Assembly (NCBI GenBank): GCA_964628025.1
Contig: CAZVLL010000005.1
Span: 68,729 to 132,728, forward strand
DNA: 64,000 nucleotides
Source: an uncultured Syntrophaceae bacterium
GTDB lineage: Bacteria; Desulfobacterota; Syntrophia; Syntrophales; UBA2192
Reading direction: 5' to 3'
Shown: positions 19,372 to 28,410 of the stretch, in pieces
How the letters are laid out: each line of letters begins with the position of its first letter
Numbering within the stretch: position 1 is the stretch's first letter
Made by a program: the position numbers and the translations under genes
Notes under the pieces: model-generated
What the model was told of the DNA's origin: nothing
Databases searched by the model: none
The model's input: the letters and a program-made list of their open reading frames with translations, nothing else

Positions 19372-20204
19372 TCACCGTTCCCTCACCGGCCAAGATCAAC
19401 CTCATCCTCAAGGTATTGCGCCGGAGAGAGGACGGCTACCACGACATCGCATCGCTGATGCAGACGATAAGTCTGGCCGATGAGATGGAATTCTCCCCGA
19501 GAAAAACAGGCATCGCTCTAGCCTGCCCGGGATCGGATCTGCCCATAGACGACGGCAACCTCGTGGTTCGGGCAACCCGGACCCTTTTTGCCGAGGCGGG
19601 TTTCACGGGCGGGGTCGAGATGACTCTGAGAAAACGGATCCCGACGGCGGCAGGCCTGGGCGGCGGAAGCTCCAACGCCGCTACGACGCTCCGGGTCCTC
19701 AACGAGCTCTTCCGATTTGGTTTCGACCGCGCAAGGCTCATTCAAATCGGCGCGACGCTCGGTGCCGACATCCCCTTCTTCCTGTACGGCAGCCGGGCCT
19801 GGGCCTTCGGAATCGGCGAGAACCTGGAGCCGGCCGAGACCCCTTCGGGAATGTACTTCGTCCTTGTCAACCCGGGATTCGAGGTCCCCACGAAATGGGT
19901 TTACCAGAGCCTCAATTTGCCGTTGACAAACGCACCTGTACAGTATAGTATTCCTAGCTTTTCAGGGGTACGGGACCTTGCCGCGATCCTGTCCAATGAC
20001 TTGGAAACGGTCACCGTGGCGCACTATCCCGTGCTCGGAGAGCTGAAGGGGTTCCTTCTGCGGCAGGGTGCTCTCGGAGCGCTCATGTCGGGAAGCGGAC
20101 CCACGGTCTTCGGACTCTTTGAAAACGAGCAGGACGCAATCAAGGCTGAAGGCGCACTGAGGACATCATACCCGTACGCGGTGTTCAGGGCTCAAACGAT
20201 CTGA
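19368..20204 (+). CDS. ispE: 4-diphosphocytidyl-2-C-methyl-D-erythritol kinase
   Basis: 278 aa. PAKINL..L.V..RR.DGYH and the GHMP-kinase motif [14 protein letters not shown]. The GTG start overlaps the upstream stop (GTGA). Confidence 0.9.
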   Translation: MITVPSPAKINLILKVLRRREDGYHDIASLMQTISLADEMEFSPRKTGIALACPGSDLPIDDGNLVVRATRTLFAEAGFTGGVEMTLRKRIPTAAGLGGGSSNAATTLRVLNELFRFGFDRARLIQIGATLGADIPFFLYGSRAWAFGIGENLEPAETPSGMYFVLVNPGFEVPTKWVYQSLNLPLTNAPVQYSIPSFSGVRDLAAILSNDLETVTVAHYPVLGELKGFLLRQGALGALMSGSGPTVFGLFENEQDAIKAEGALRTSYPYAVFRAQTI

Positions 20205-20256
20205 TCCCGAGACCATCGGATGCCTTCCCCCGCCCATCAAGGCGATCAGTCGAAGA

Positions 20257-20331
20257 TGGGGCGTCGGCAAGCGGTAAGCCACGGGACTTTGGCTCCCGCA
20301 TTCGGAGGTTCGAATCCTCCCGCCCCAGCCA
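20257..20331 (+). tRNA. tRNA-Gln (anticodon UUG), CCA encoded
   Basis: Hand-folded cloverleaf. Acceptor TGGGGCG/CGCCCCA. Anticodon stem CGGGA/TCCCG with loop CTTTGGC (UUG at 20289..20291). T-arm GGAGG-TTCGAATC-CCTCC. Closely resembles E. coli tRNA-Gln. The ispE-tRNA(Gln)-prs-rplY-pth context is conserved. Confidence 0.9.
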
Positions 20332-20374
20332 ATATTTCTTAAATCCTACAGGACCCGGATCGAGGGTGACGAAC

Positions 20375-21319
20375 ATGCTCGAAAGAATGCGAATCTTTTC
20401 GGGGAACTCGAACAAGAAACTGGCGGAAGATATCTGCGCCAAGCTCGGCATTTCCCTCGGCAAGGCAAACGTGGCCACCTTCAGCGACGGCGAGACGAGG
20501 GTGGAGATCAACGAGAACGTCCGAGGTATGGACGTCTTCATCATCCAGTCCACCTGCCCTCCGGTGAACGACAACGTCATGGAGCTCCTGATCCTGATCG
20601 ACGCCATGAAGCGAGCCTCGGCGGATCGGATCACGGCCGTAATCCCCTACTACGGTTACGCCAGACAGGACCGAAAGGTCGCTCCCCGGGCCCCTATTTC
20701 GGCAAAGCTCGTAGCCGATCTCATCACAACGGCTGGGGCGAGCCGGGTGCTTTCTGTGGATCTCCATGCGGGCCAGATTCAGGGATTTTTCAACATTCCC
20801 GTCGACAATCTCTTCGCGACACCGATTCTCCTCAAATACATCCAGAAAAATTTTGACAACAATCTTGTCCTCGTTTCCCCCGACACGGGCGGCGTCGAGA
20901 GAGCCCGGGCCTTTGCCAAACGCCTGGATGCGACGCTGGCAATCATCGACAAGCGCCGCGAGGGACCCAACGAGTCCCAGGTCATGAACATCATCGGCAA
21001 CGTGAAAGGCAAGCGGGTCATCATCCTCGATGACATGATCGATACGGCGGGAACCATGGTCCAGGCCGCAGCAGCCCTGGAAGCGGAAGGAGCCACCGAG
21101 GTTTTTGCATGCTGCTCTCATGCCGTGCTCTCGGGACCCGCCATCGACCGGATCGACAGCTCCAACCTCAAGGAGATCATCGTAACCGATACGATCCCGC
21201 TTCACGAGCGGGCAAAGGCCTGCAAGAAGACAATCACCGTCCTTCCCGTATCGGGCTTTCTCAGCGAAGCCGTCAGACGTATTTATTACAACGACTCGGT
21301 GAGTTCGTTATTCATTTAG
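20375..21319 (+). CDS. prs: ribose-phosphate pyrophosphokinase
   Basis: The track starts at GTG 20366. ATG 20375 lies 6 nt after [19 protein letters not shown] and the PRPP-binding loop [13 protein letters not shown] are present. Confidence 0.9.
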   Translation: MLERMRIFSGNSNKKLAEDICAKLGISLGKANVATFSDGETRVEINENVRGMDVFIIQSTCPPVNDNVMELLILIDAMKRASADRITAVIPYYGYARQDRKVAPRAPISAKLVADLITTAGASRVLSVDLHAGQIQGFFNIPVDNLFATPILLKYIQKNFDNNLVLVSPDTGGVERARAFAKRLDATLAIIDKRREGPNESQVMNIIGNVKGKRVIILDDMIDTAGTMVQAAAALEAEGATEVFACCSHAVLSGPAIDRIDSSNLKEIIVTDTIPLHERAKACKKTITVLPVSGFLSEAVRRIYYNDSVSSLFI

Positions 21320-21342
21320 GTCAAAGGGTATTGGAGGTTTTG

Positions 21343-22005
21343 ATGGAAGCGTTAGAGTTAAAAGCACAGATTCGCAAGGAATCGGGTAAGGGGCCTGCAA
21401 GGAGACTGAGGGCCGAGGGGCTCGTTCCTGCCGTTCTATACGGGTCAGGGGCAGAGTCGGTCATGCTGTATGTCAAGGCAGAGGACCTGATTAAGATCAT
21501 CAGGGCGGAAAAGGGTGAGGCGGGATTCATCAAACTCGTGATCGACGACGCCGGGAAGAAATCCGAGAGCCTCTCCATGCTCAAGGAGCTCCAGACGAAT
21601 ACGGTGATGAAGAAGATCATCCATGCCGATTTCTACGAGATCCGGATGGATCGCAAACTGACCATGGACGTGCCGATCCACCTGGTGGGTGCCTCCATCG
21701 GCGTGGAGAAAGGCGGCGAGCAAAAGCAGTTCAAGAGGGACGTCAAGGTATCCGCCCTGCCGGGCCGGATGCCCAGGCACATCGACGTCGATGTGACGGA
21801 CCTCGCGATCGGCTCTACGTTCCGCGTGGGTGATGTCACCCTGGGCGACGGTATTGAGATGCTCGATGCCGGCAACATCACCATCGTCACCGTGAGTGCC
21901 AAGAAAGGCGGCCTGGGCGAGGAAGCGGCACCTGCCGCAGCAGAAGAAGGGTCCAAGGAACCTGAACTGGTGGGCAAAAAGGGCGGAAAGGAAGAAGAAG
22001 AGTAA
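21343..22005 (+). CDS. rplY: 50S ribosomal protein L25 / general stress protein Ctc
   Basis: The track ORF 21109..22005 overlaps prs. I trimmed it to ATG 21343 (MEALELKAQIRKESGKGPARRLRAEGLVPAVLYG) after GGAGG. Confidence 0.9.
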   Translation: MEALELKAQIRKESGKGPARRLRAEGLVPAVLYGSGAESVMLYVKAEDLIKIIRAEKGEAGFIKLVIDDAGKKSESLSMLKELQTNTVMKKIIHADFYEIRMDRKLTMDVPIHLVGASIGVEKGGEQKQFKRDVKVSALPGRMPRHIDVDVTDLAIGSTFRVGDVTLGDGIEMLDAGNITIVTVSAKKGGLGEEAAPAAAEEGSKEPELVGKKGGKEEEE

Positions 22006-22033
22006 CCCCTGCCGCTTTCCTTTGGAAACCACA

Positions 22034-22066
22034 AACCCCATCCTTTGCGAAGCGATGGGGTTTTTC
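22034..22066 (+). terminator. intrinsic terminator after rplY
   Basis: AACCCCATC/GATGGGGTT stem followed by T5. Confidence 0.6.
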
Positions 22067-22073
22067 ACATGCA

Positions 22074-22175
22074 GAAGGAACGAGGTGCGAGACGCGAGGA
22101 ACGAGGACTGAAGGAAAGAGAGATTTCACCTCTTCTGATCAGTCTCGAACCTCGCTCTTCGGTCCTCGATCCTTC
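22074..22175. repeat. CGAGG/CCTCG palindromic intergenic repeat, copy 2 (diverged)
   Basis: Left arm GAAGGAACGAGGTGCGAGACGCGAGGAACGAGGAC and right arm GTCTCGAACCTCGCTCTTCGGTCCTCGATCCTTC. The outer 12 nt pair with one mismatch. Confidence 0.6.
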
Positions 22176-22193
22176 TTCTGAGTCGGAACGACG

Positions 22194-22799
22194 ATGAAAA
22201 TTATCGCCGGCCTGGGAAATCCGGGAGATCAGTATCGTCTCACACGCCACAACATGGGCTTTCTTGTCCTGGATGCCCTGGCCGATGAGTCCGGCATTGT
22301 CGTCCAGAAGAAGAAATTCGAAGCGCTGATCGGCGACGGCCGGATCGGCAACAGTCGCGTGCTTTTCGTGAAACCCCAGACCTTCATGAACCTAAGCGGG
22401 ATGCCATTGAGGCAAGTGATTGATTTTTATCATAAAACAGCCGGTGATCTCCTCGTCGTCCACGATGACCTGGACCTGCCCTTCGGGACCATACGCATCA
22501 AAGTCGGTGGCGGTGACGGCGGCCACAAAGGAATCCGCTCTGCCATGGATCATCTCGGGGACGGAAGCTTCACGCGCCTGAGGCTGGGAATCGGCAAGCC
22601 GTCCTTCAAAGACGACACGGAGCACTATGTCCTTCAGCCTTTCCCGAAGGCGGACCTGGAAGCACTGGCGGATGTCATTCACAGGGCCTGCGGGGCCGTT
22701 CTCGAGATTCTCGTCTCCGGTGCCCGCCCGGCCATGAACCGCTTCAACATCCGCGAGCGCAAGACGGCCCACGACCCGGAAAACAACTCTTCAGAATAA
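22194..22799 (+). CDS. pth: peptidyl-tRNA hydrolase
   Basis: MKIIAGLGNPG..Y..TRHN.GF is the canonical Pth N-terminus. Confidence 0.92.
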   Translation: MKIIAGLGNPGDQYRLTRHNMGFLVLDALADESGIVVQKKKFEALIGDGRIGNSRVLFVKPQTFMNLSGMPLRQVIDFYHKTAGDLLVVHDDLDLPFGTIRIKVGGGDGGHKGIRSAMDHLGDGSFTRLRLGIGKPSFKDDTEHYVLQPFPKADLEALADVIHRACGAVLEILVSGARPAMNRFNIRERKTAHDPENNSSE

Positions 22800-23012
22800 C
22801 AGCGTTTTTTCTTTTTTCATCCCTCCGTTTCCGCATCGTCGCAACCGCCCCGTTTCCCGGGCAGCGGTCGGATGCTTTTTGATTCCCGTCCTTCTCATCC
22901 CGGTCCAATAAAATCTTTGACAAAAGAGCCAATATTTGCTATGTCACGGCGGCTTTAATGGTTGGTCTCATTTCGGTACTTTTTGAAACTTTATTATGGA
23001 GGAGATGGAGAG

Positions 23013-25424
23013 ATGATTAGCGAGAGAGTCAAACGTGTCCTAAGCGCCGTATCCCTGGCGCTTATCGTTCTGCTCTTTGCGACGCCCCTGTTCGCAAGCG
23101 AGGCAGATTTGGTCATTCCCCCCCTGTCGGCCGCTCAAAACCAGCTGCTCATGATCGGCTTCGTGATCTGTTTTCTGGGAATGGGTTACGGCTACTTCAT
23201 GTATGCCAAGGTAAAGAAGATTCCGGCCCACAAGAGCATGCTGGACGTGGCGGAAATCATTTTCCAGACCTGCAGCACCTACCTGATCCAGCAGGGCAAA
23301 TTACTTTTCATCCTGTTCGTCTTTATCGGCTCCTGCATTTTCTACTATTTCGGCTTCCTGCAGCACATGGGAATGAAAGACGTCTTCCTGATCCTGGCCT
23401 GGACCGTCGTCGGCATCCTCGGGTCCTACGGCGTGGCCTGGTTCGGCATCCGCATGAACACCCTGGCCAATGCCCGCATGGCCTTTGCCTCCCTTGAAGG
23501 CAAGCCCATGAAGCTGCTCGACATCCCGCTGACGGCCGGCATGAGCATCGGCGTGCTGCTGGTCTGCGTCGAGCTCATTATGATGCTCATCATCCTGGTA
23601 TTCATGCCCCGCGAAGTGGCGGGTGCTGCCTTCATCGGCTTCGCGATCGGCGAGTCGCTGGGCGCCTCCGCCCTGCGTATCTGCGGCGGTATCTTCACCA
23701 AGATCGCCGACATCGGCTCCGACCTCATGAAGATCGTCTTCACCATCAAGGAAGACGATCCCCGCAACCCCGGCGTCATCGCCGACTGCACCGGTGACAA
23801 CGCCGGCGACAGCGTCGGCCCCACGGCGGACGGCTTCGAGACTTACGGCGTGACGGGCGTGGCCCTGATCAGCTTCATCGTGCTGGCCTGCCTGCCCCAG
23901 TACCAGGCCGAGCTTCTCGTCTGGATCTTCGTCATGAGAGTCCTCATGATCGTCACCTCCATCGGCTCCTACTTCGTCAACAAGATGATCACGGAGTCCC
24001 TCTGGGGCGGAAAGGAAAAGGTCAACTTCGAGGCCGCCCTGACGTCCCTGGTCTGGATCACCTCGATTGTTTCCATCGTCGTGACCTTCATCATCAGCAA
24101 ATGGCAGCTCGGCCACTACCCCAATGAGCTGTGGTTCAAGCTCTCCGTGATCATCAGCTGCGGAACCCTCGCGGCAGCCCTGATCCCCGAGCTGGTCAAG
24201 GTATTCACGAGTTCCCATTCAAGGCACGTGGCCGAGGTCGTCACGGCCTCCCGTGAAGGCGGCCCCTCGCTGAACATCCTTTCCGGTCTCGTGGCCGGCA
24301 ACTTCGCCGCCTTCTGGATCGGCATGGCCATCACGGCCTTGATGTTCGTTGCTTACTATACGAGCACCTTCGGACTTTCCAACTTCATGGAATACTCTTC
24401 CGTGTTTGCCTTCGGCCTCGTGGCCTTCGGTATGCTCGGCATGGGGCCCGTGACCATCGCCGTCGACAGCTACGGCCCCGTGACGGACAACGCGCAGTCG
24501 ATCTATGAGCTGTCGCTCATCGAGACCATCCCCAACGTGGAAAAGGAAATCGAGAAGGAATTCGGCTTCAAGCCCCGCTTCGACGTCGCCAAGCACTACC
24601 TCGAAGAGAACGACAGCTGCGGCAACACCTTCAAAGCGACCGCCAAGCCCGTGCTCATCGGCACGGCCGTCGTCGGCGCCACCACGATGATCTTCTCGCT
24701 CATCCTGCTTCTCAGGAAGGCCCTGGGAATTCAGCCCGAGATGCTCCTCAACCTGCTCAACCCTTACACGCTGCTGGGCCTGCTCTGCGGCGGCGCCGTC
24801 ATCTACTGGTTCACCGGTGCTTCCATGCAGGCCGTCGTGACCGGCTCCTACCGAGCCGTTCAGTACATCAAGGAGAATATCAAGCTCGACGATGCGGCCA
24901 GCCTAAGCGCCTCAACGGAGAACTCCAAGGAGGTCGTGAAGATCTGTACGGTGTATGCCCAGAAGGGCATGTTCAACATCTTCATCGCCATCTTCCTGTT
25001 CGCCCTGGCCTTCGCGTTCCTGTCCGCACCCGTGAAGGGGCCGGAATCGACGTCCTTCTTCATCAGCTACCTGATCTCAATTGCCGTCTTCGGTCTCTAC
25101 CAGGCCCTTTTCATGGCCAATGGTGGCGGTTGCTGGGACAATGCGAAGAAGGTCATCGAAGTCGACCTGAAAGAGAAGGGAACGCCCCTGCACGCTGCCG
25201 CCGTCATCGGCGACACCGTCGGCGACCCCTACAAGGACACCTCCTCGGTGGCCCTGAACCCGATCATCAAGTTCACCACCCTGTTCGGCATCCTAGCCAT
25301 GGAAATCGCCATCGCGCCGGATATGAGGGAATCCGCCATTGTCGTCGGGGCGATCTTCCTGGCCATCGCCCTGGTGTTCGTCTATCGCTCCTTCTACTCC
25401 ATGAGAATCCCCTTGGAGAAGTAA
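23013..25424 (+). CDS. hppA: membrane-bound proton/sodium-translocating pyrophosphatase, probably the K+-independent type
   Basis: The track starts at 22962. I use ATG 23013 after GGAGGAG. GDNAGD, AAVIGDTVGDPYKDT and about 16 TM helices are present. GNTFKATAK has Lys where K+-dependent enzymes have Ala (GNTTAA versus GNTTKA rule, from memory). Confidence 0.9.
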   Translation: MISERVKRVLSAVSLALIVLLFATPLFASEADLVIPPLSAAQNQLLMIGFVICFLGMGYGYFMYAKVKKIPAHKSMLDVAEIIFQTCSTYLIQQGKLLFILFVFIGSCIFYYFGFLQHMGMKDVFLILAWTVVGILGSYGVAWFGIRMNTLANARMAFASLEGKPMKLLDIPLTAGMSIGVLLVCVELIMMLIILVFMPREVAGAAFIGFAIGESLGASALRICGGIFTKIADIGSDLMKIVFTIKEDDPRNPGVIADCTGDNAGDSVGPTADGFETYGVTGVALISFIVLACLPQYQAELLVWIFVMRVLMIVTSIGSYFVNKMITESLWGGKEKVNFEAALTSLVWITSIVSIVVTFIISKWQLGHYPNELWFKLSVIISCGTLAAALIPELVKVFTSSHSRHVAEVVTASREGGPSLNILSGLVAGNFAAFWIGMAITALMFVAYYTSTFGLSNFMEYSSVFAFGLVAFGMLGMGPVTIAVDSYGPVTDNAQSIYELSLIETIPNVEKEIEKEFGFKPRFDVAKHYLEENDSCGNTFKATAKPVLIGTAVVGATTMIFSLILLLRKALGIQPEMLLNLLNPYTLLGLLCGGAVIYWFTGASMQAVVTGSYRAVQYIKENIKLDDAASLSASTENSKEVVKICTVYAQKGMFNIFIAIFLFALAFAFLSAPVKGPESTSFFISYLISIAVFGLYQALFMANGGGCWDNAKKVIEVDLKEKGTPLHAAAVIGDTVGDPYKDTSSVALNPIIKFTTLFGILAMEIAIAPDMRESAIVVGAIFLAIALVFVYRSFYSMRIPLEK

Positions 25425-25445
25425 GGAAACGACTTGCCTGACAAA

Positions 25446-25477
25446 GGGGCCGGCAGCGATGCCGGCCCCTTTTTTTG
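25446..25477 (+). terminator. intrinsic terminator after hppA
   Basis: GGGGCCGGC/GCCGGCCCC stem, 6-nt loop, T7. Confidence 0.75.
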
Positions 25478-25581
25478 TGTCTCGGGACGGAACAAACCCC
25501 TTGACAGGGTGGCGCAAACCCAATACCTTCAGGTTACCCCAATCCACGTAAACCCCCGAAACACGCTCCAGGACTTCTTTC

Positions 25582-26676
25582 ATGGGCTTCAACTGCGGTG
25601 TCATCGGCCTTCCCAACGTAGGAAAATCGACCATCTTCAATGCGCTGACCTGTGCCGGTGCCGAGGTGGCCAACTACCCCTTCTGCACCATCGATCCTAA
25701 CGCGGGGATCGTCTACGTGCCGGACCACCGGCTCGAGAAAATCGCATCTGTCGTCAAGCCCCCCAAGGTCACCTATACGACCATGGAATTCATCGACATC
25801 GCCGGGCTCGTAAGAGGGGCCAGCAAGGGCGAAGGGCTTGGCAATCAGTTTCTCGGTCATATCCGTCAGGTGGACGCCATCCTCCACATTGTCCGATGCT
25901 TTGACAATCCGGATATCGCACACATCTACGGCCCCATCGATCCGGTCCGGGATATCGAGATCATCAACATGGAGCTCATCCTGGCGGACCTCGAGACCCT
26001 GGCAAAGCGCATTGCCAAGACGGAAAAGATCATCAGAACGGGCGATAAAACGACCCGGAAGGCCCTGGAGGTCTACCAGCGGTTCGCGGATGCCCTGGGC
26101 CGGGGAATCCCGATGAGAAACATTCCCATACACGAAGACGACCGGGAGATCCTCGATGAGGCGCAACTGCTGACGTCCAAGAAGGTCCTCTATGTGGCCA
26201 ACGTCAGCGAAAAAGTTCTCAAGGAGGACGGTCCCTACATCTCGAAGGTCAGGGACATGGCCGCAAAAGAAGGCTCCGGCGTCGTGGTCATTTGCGGCGA
26301 TCTGGAGATGGAGATCGCCAAGCTCGACAAGGAGGAGCGAAGGGATTTCCTGGCAGACCTCGGGCTGGAGGAGTCGGGACTTCAGCAACTCATCCGCGAG
26401 GGTTACACCCTGCTCGATCTCATCACGTTCTATACGACCGTGGGCCCGGAGCTTCGGGCCTGGACGATTCGAAAGGGAACGAAAGCGCCCCGGGCAGCGG
26501 GGAAAATTCACACCGACATGGAAAAGGGTTTTATCCGGGCCGAAGTCCTTCACTATGAGGATTTCCTTCGCGTTGGGGGTATCGCGCAGGCCAGGGAAAA
26601 GGGTCTTCTGCATTTCCAGGGAAAAGAGTACGATATCCTTGACGGAGACATTGTCTATTTCCGGTTCAACGTTTGA
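25582..26676 (+). CDS. ychF: redox-regulated ATPase YchF
   Basis: 364 aa. GIIGLPNVGKSTIFNALT-type G1 motif and a TGS-like C-terminus. Confidence 0.95.
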   Translation: MGFNCGVIGLPNVGKSTIFNALTCAGAEVANYPFCTIDPNAGIVYVPDHRLEKIASVVKPPKVTYTTMEFIDIAGLVRGASKGEGLGNQFLGHIRQVDAILHIVRCFDNPDIAHIYGPIDPVRDIEIINMELILADLETLAKRIAKTEKIIRTGDKTTRKALEVYQRFADALGRGIPMRNIPIHEDDREILDEAQLLTSKKVLYVANVSEKVLKEDGPYISKVRDMAAKEGSGVVVICGDLEMEIAKLDKEERRDFLADLGLEESGLQQLIREGYTLLDLITFYTTVGPELRAWTIRKGTKAPRAAGKIHTDMEKGFIRAEVLHYEDFLRVGGIAQAREKGLLHFQGKEYDILDGDIVYFRFNV

Positions 26677-26855
26677 AACGTTTGAACGGGAGCTTGCCCT
26701 GCAACCCTCGCCGTGAAGGCGAGACACCTTAATACTTCCTTCTCGTAAACAGGAATATTTTTTATTGACAAGCCCCCTGTGATATAGTAAAAACCGACCC
26801 TGCTGAGAACAACTGCCCCGCAAGGGGAAAAAGTCAAAAGGAGGTGAAAGAACTA

Positions 26856-27077
26856 ATGAAGAAGGCATTCGCACTGGTACTCGCCCTTTTACTCGCCGTG
26901 TCATTTTCCTTTGTAGGCTGCGCCAAGCAAGAGGAGAAGAAGCCCGCGCCTGCACCTGCTCCGGCACCTGCTCCGGCACCTGCTCCGGCACCCGAGAAGG
27001 CTCCTGAGAAGGCAGCGGCTCCCGCACCGGCCCCGGCACCTGCTCCTGCTCCGGCTCCGGCCCCTGTGAAGAAGTAG
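26856..27077 (+). CDS. small lipoprotein with (Pro-Ala)n repeats
   Basis: The track starts at GTG 26844; ATG 26856 follows AAGGAGG. The signal peptide has lipobox FVGC, followed by two (PA)n blocks encoded by 12-bp tandem units. Confidence 0.6.
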   Translation: MKKAFALVLALLLAVSFSFVGCAKQEEKKPAPAPAPAPAPAPAPAPEKAPEKAAAPAPAPAPAPAPAPAPVKK

Positions 27078-27100
27078 TCACATACAGGAACAAGGCTATC

Positions 27101-27139
27101 AAAAAAACCGGGCATTCCTCGTGAATGCCCGGTTTTTTA
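27101..27139 (+). terminator. intrinsic terminator
   Basis: A7, ACCGGGCATTC/GAATGCCCGGT stem, T6. Confidence 0.75.
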
Positions 27140-27149
27140 TGCTAAGACT

Positions 27150-27272
27150 GATGAAAAAGGGCCATCTGCGGCGCTGCCCTCGTCCTTCGTCGTTCAATGT
27201 ACGTTCTAGTACACCTCACTCCTCAGGACGTCGGGCGCCTTGCATCTGACCCTTTTTGATCAGCCTGAAAGG
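27150..27272 (+). repeat. 123-nt MITE-like structured repeat, copy A
   Basis: Aligns with 28209..28331 at about 97 of 124 columns by my hand alignment. Central hairpin TGTAC-N6-GTACA (27198..27213). The termini are imperfect inverted repeats (AAAAAGGGNCANNTGC). Confidence 0.75.
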
Positions 27273-27305
27273 CAAATATCCCCTCTGCGAATCTGGAGAC
27301 GCTCG

Positions 27306-28202
27306 ATGTCGGTATTTAGATCAAAACAAATTCCTCACTTCGTGACAGCGGTCTGCATCGTTATGCTGTTCGCCGGATGTGCGCACAAAGAGATTCCCCC
27401 TCCTCAAATGAAGCAACCTGCCAAGGTTGCTGTTGTTCTGGGTGCGGGAGCCTCTCGGGGATTTACGCTCATCGGGGCGCTCAAAATTCTGGAAGCAAAC
27501 CATGTCCCGATCCACATGATCGTCGGGACGAGTGCCGGCAGCCTTGTAGGAAGTCTTTATGCTTACGGCTTCAACGCCTTCCAGCTTCAGAGTCTCGCTC
27601 TTTCCCTTGAGAAAGGAGACGTCATGGATCTGACCGTGCCGGACAACGGATTCATCAAGGGCGAGAAGCTGGAATCCTACGTCAACCACATGGTCAACAA
27701 CACGCCCATCCAAAAAATGCGAACCCCTTTTTACGTGGTGACGACGGACATTCAGACGGGGGAAGAAGTTGTCTTCGCCTCGGGCAACACGGGCATGGCG
27801 GTACGGGCCAGCTGCTCCATCCCGGGGATTTTCCGGCCCGTGAAAATTGGAGAGAAAACCTACGTAGACGGAGGGCTGGTCAGTCCTGTGGCTGTTGACT
27901 ATGCCCGAAAGGCGGGCGCTGACCTCGTCATCGCTGTGGACATTTCAACAGGAACCGGCGGCACTGCGCCCCAGACAACAATGGAGACCATCATGCAGTC
28001 CGTCATCATTATGTACTCCAAGGTCTCTCAGAGCCAGCTTGCCCGGGCCGACATCGTCATCAGGCCGAACGTCAGTCACATCGGTGCGACAGACTTCCAC
28101 AAGCGTCACGAAGCCATCATGGAAGGGGAAAAGGCGGCGCTGGAGGCGATGCCGGCCATTAGAGCGGCGATGGACAGGTTGAAGGCAGACGGAAGGCTCT
28201 GA
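27306..28202 (+). CDS. patatin-like phospholipase, lipoprotein
   Basis: The track starts at 27240 inside repeat A. I use ATG 27306 (MSVFRSKQIPHFVTAVCIVMLFAGC, lipobox), which has GGAG 8 nt upstream. GAGASRG oxyanion loop, GTSAG nucleophile elbow, and DGG Asp motif. Confidence 0.85.
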   Translation: MSVFRSKQIPHFVTAVCIVMLFAGCAHKEIPPPQMKQPAKVAVVLGAGASRGFTLIGALKILEANHVPIHMIVGTSAGSLVGSLYAYGFNAFQLQSLALSLEKGDVMDLTVPDNGFIKGEKLESYVNHMVNNTPIQKMRTPFYVVTTDIQTGEEVVFASGNTGMAVRASCSIPGIFRPVKIGEKTYVDGGLVSPVAVDYARKAGADLVIAVDISTGTGGTAPQTTMETIMQSVIIMYSKVSQSQLARADIVIRPNVSHIGATDFHKRHEAIMEGEKAALEAMPAIRAAMDRLKADGRL

Positions 28203-28208
28203 GAGGCT

Positions 28209-28331
28209 TGTGAAAAAAGACCATCTGCGGCGTTTCCTTCAACCCTCGTCGCTCAACGTACGCTCATAGTACGCCTCGTTCCTCGGGCTTTCAGGAGCCT
28301 TGCATCTGTCCCTTTTTGACCAGCCTACAGG
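28209..28331 (+). repeat. 123-nt MITE-like structured repeat, copy B (same orientation as A)
   Basis: See copy A. Central hairpin CGTAC-N7-GTACG (28257..28273). Its closing pair is C:G where copy A has T:A. Confidence 0.75.
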
Positions 28332-28410
28332 TTAAGACCATCTTCTATGATTATCTTTTTTTCGATCGGGGTGACAGCTTTGAAACGCAAGGGTAAGGAC
28401 GCGCTTTAGG

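Noticed and set aside
26941-27065. Short tandem DNA repeats, considered as a possible CRISPR or VNTR
   Set aside because: The units are 12 bp, contiguous with no spacers, and lie in frame inside a lipoprotein gene where they encode Pro-Ala. This is not a CRISPR array.
25534-27102. 522-aa minus-strand ORF with a PEQV repeat N-terminus
   Set aside because: It is antisense to ychF and to the PA-repeat lipoprotein. The apparent repeat is just the reverse complement of the (PA)n coding repeat.
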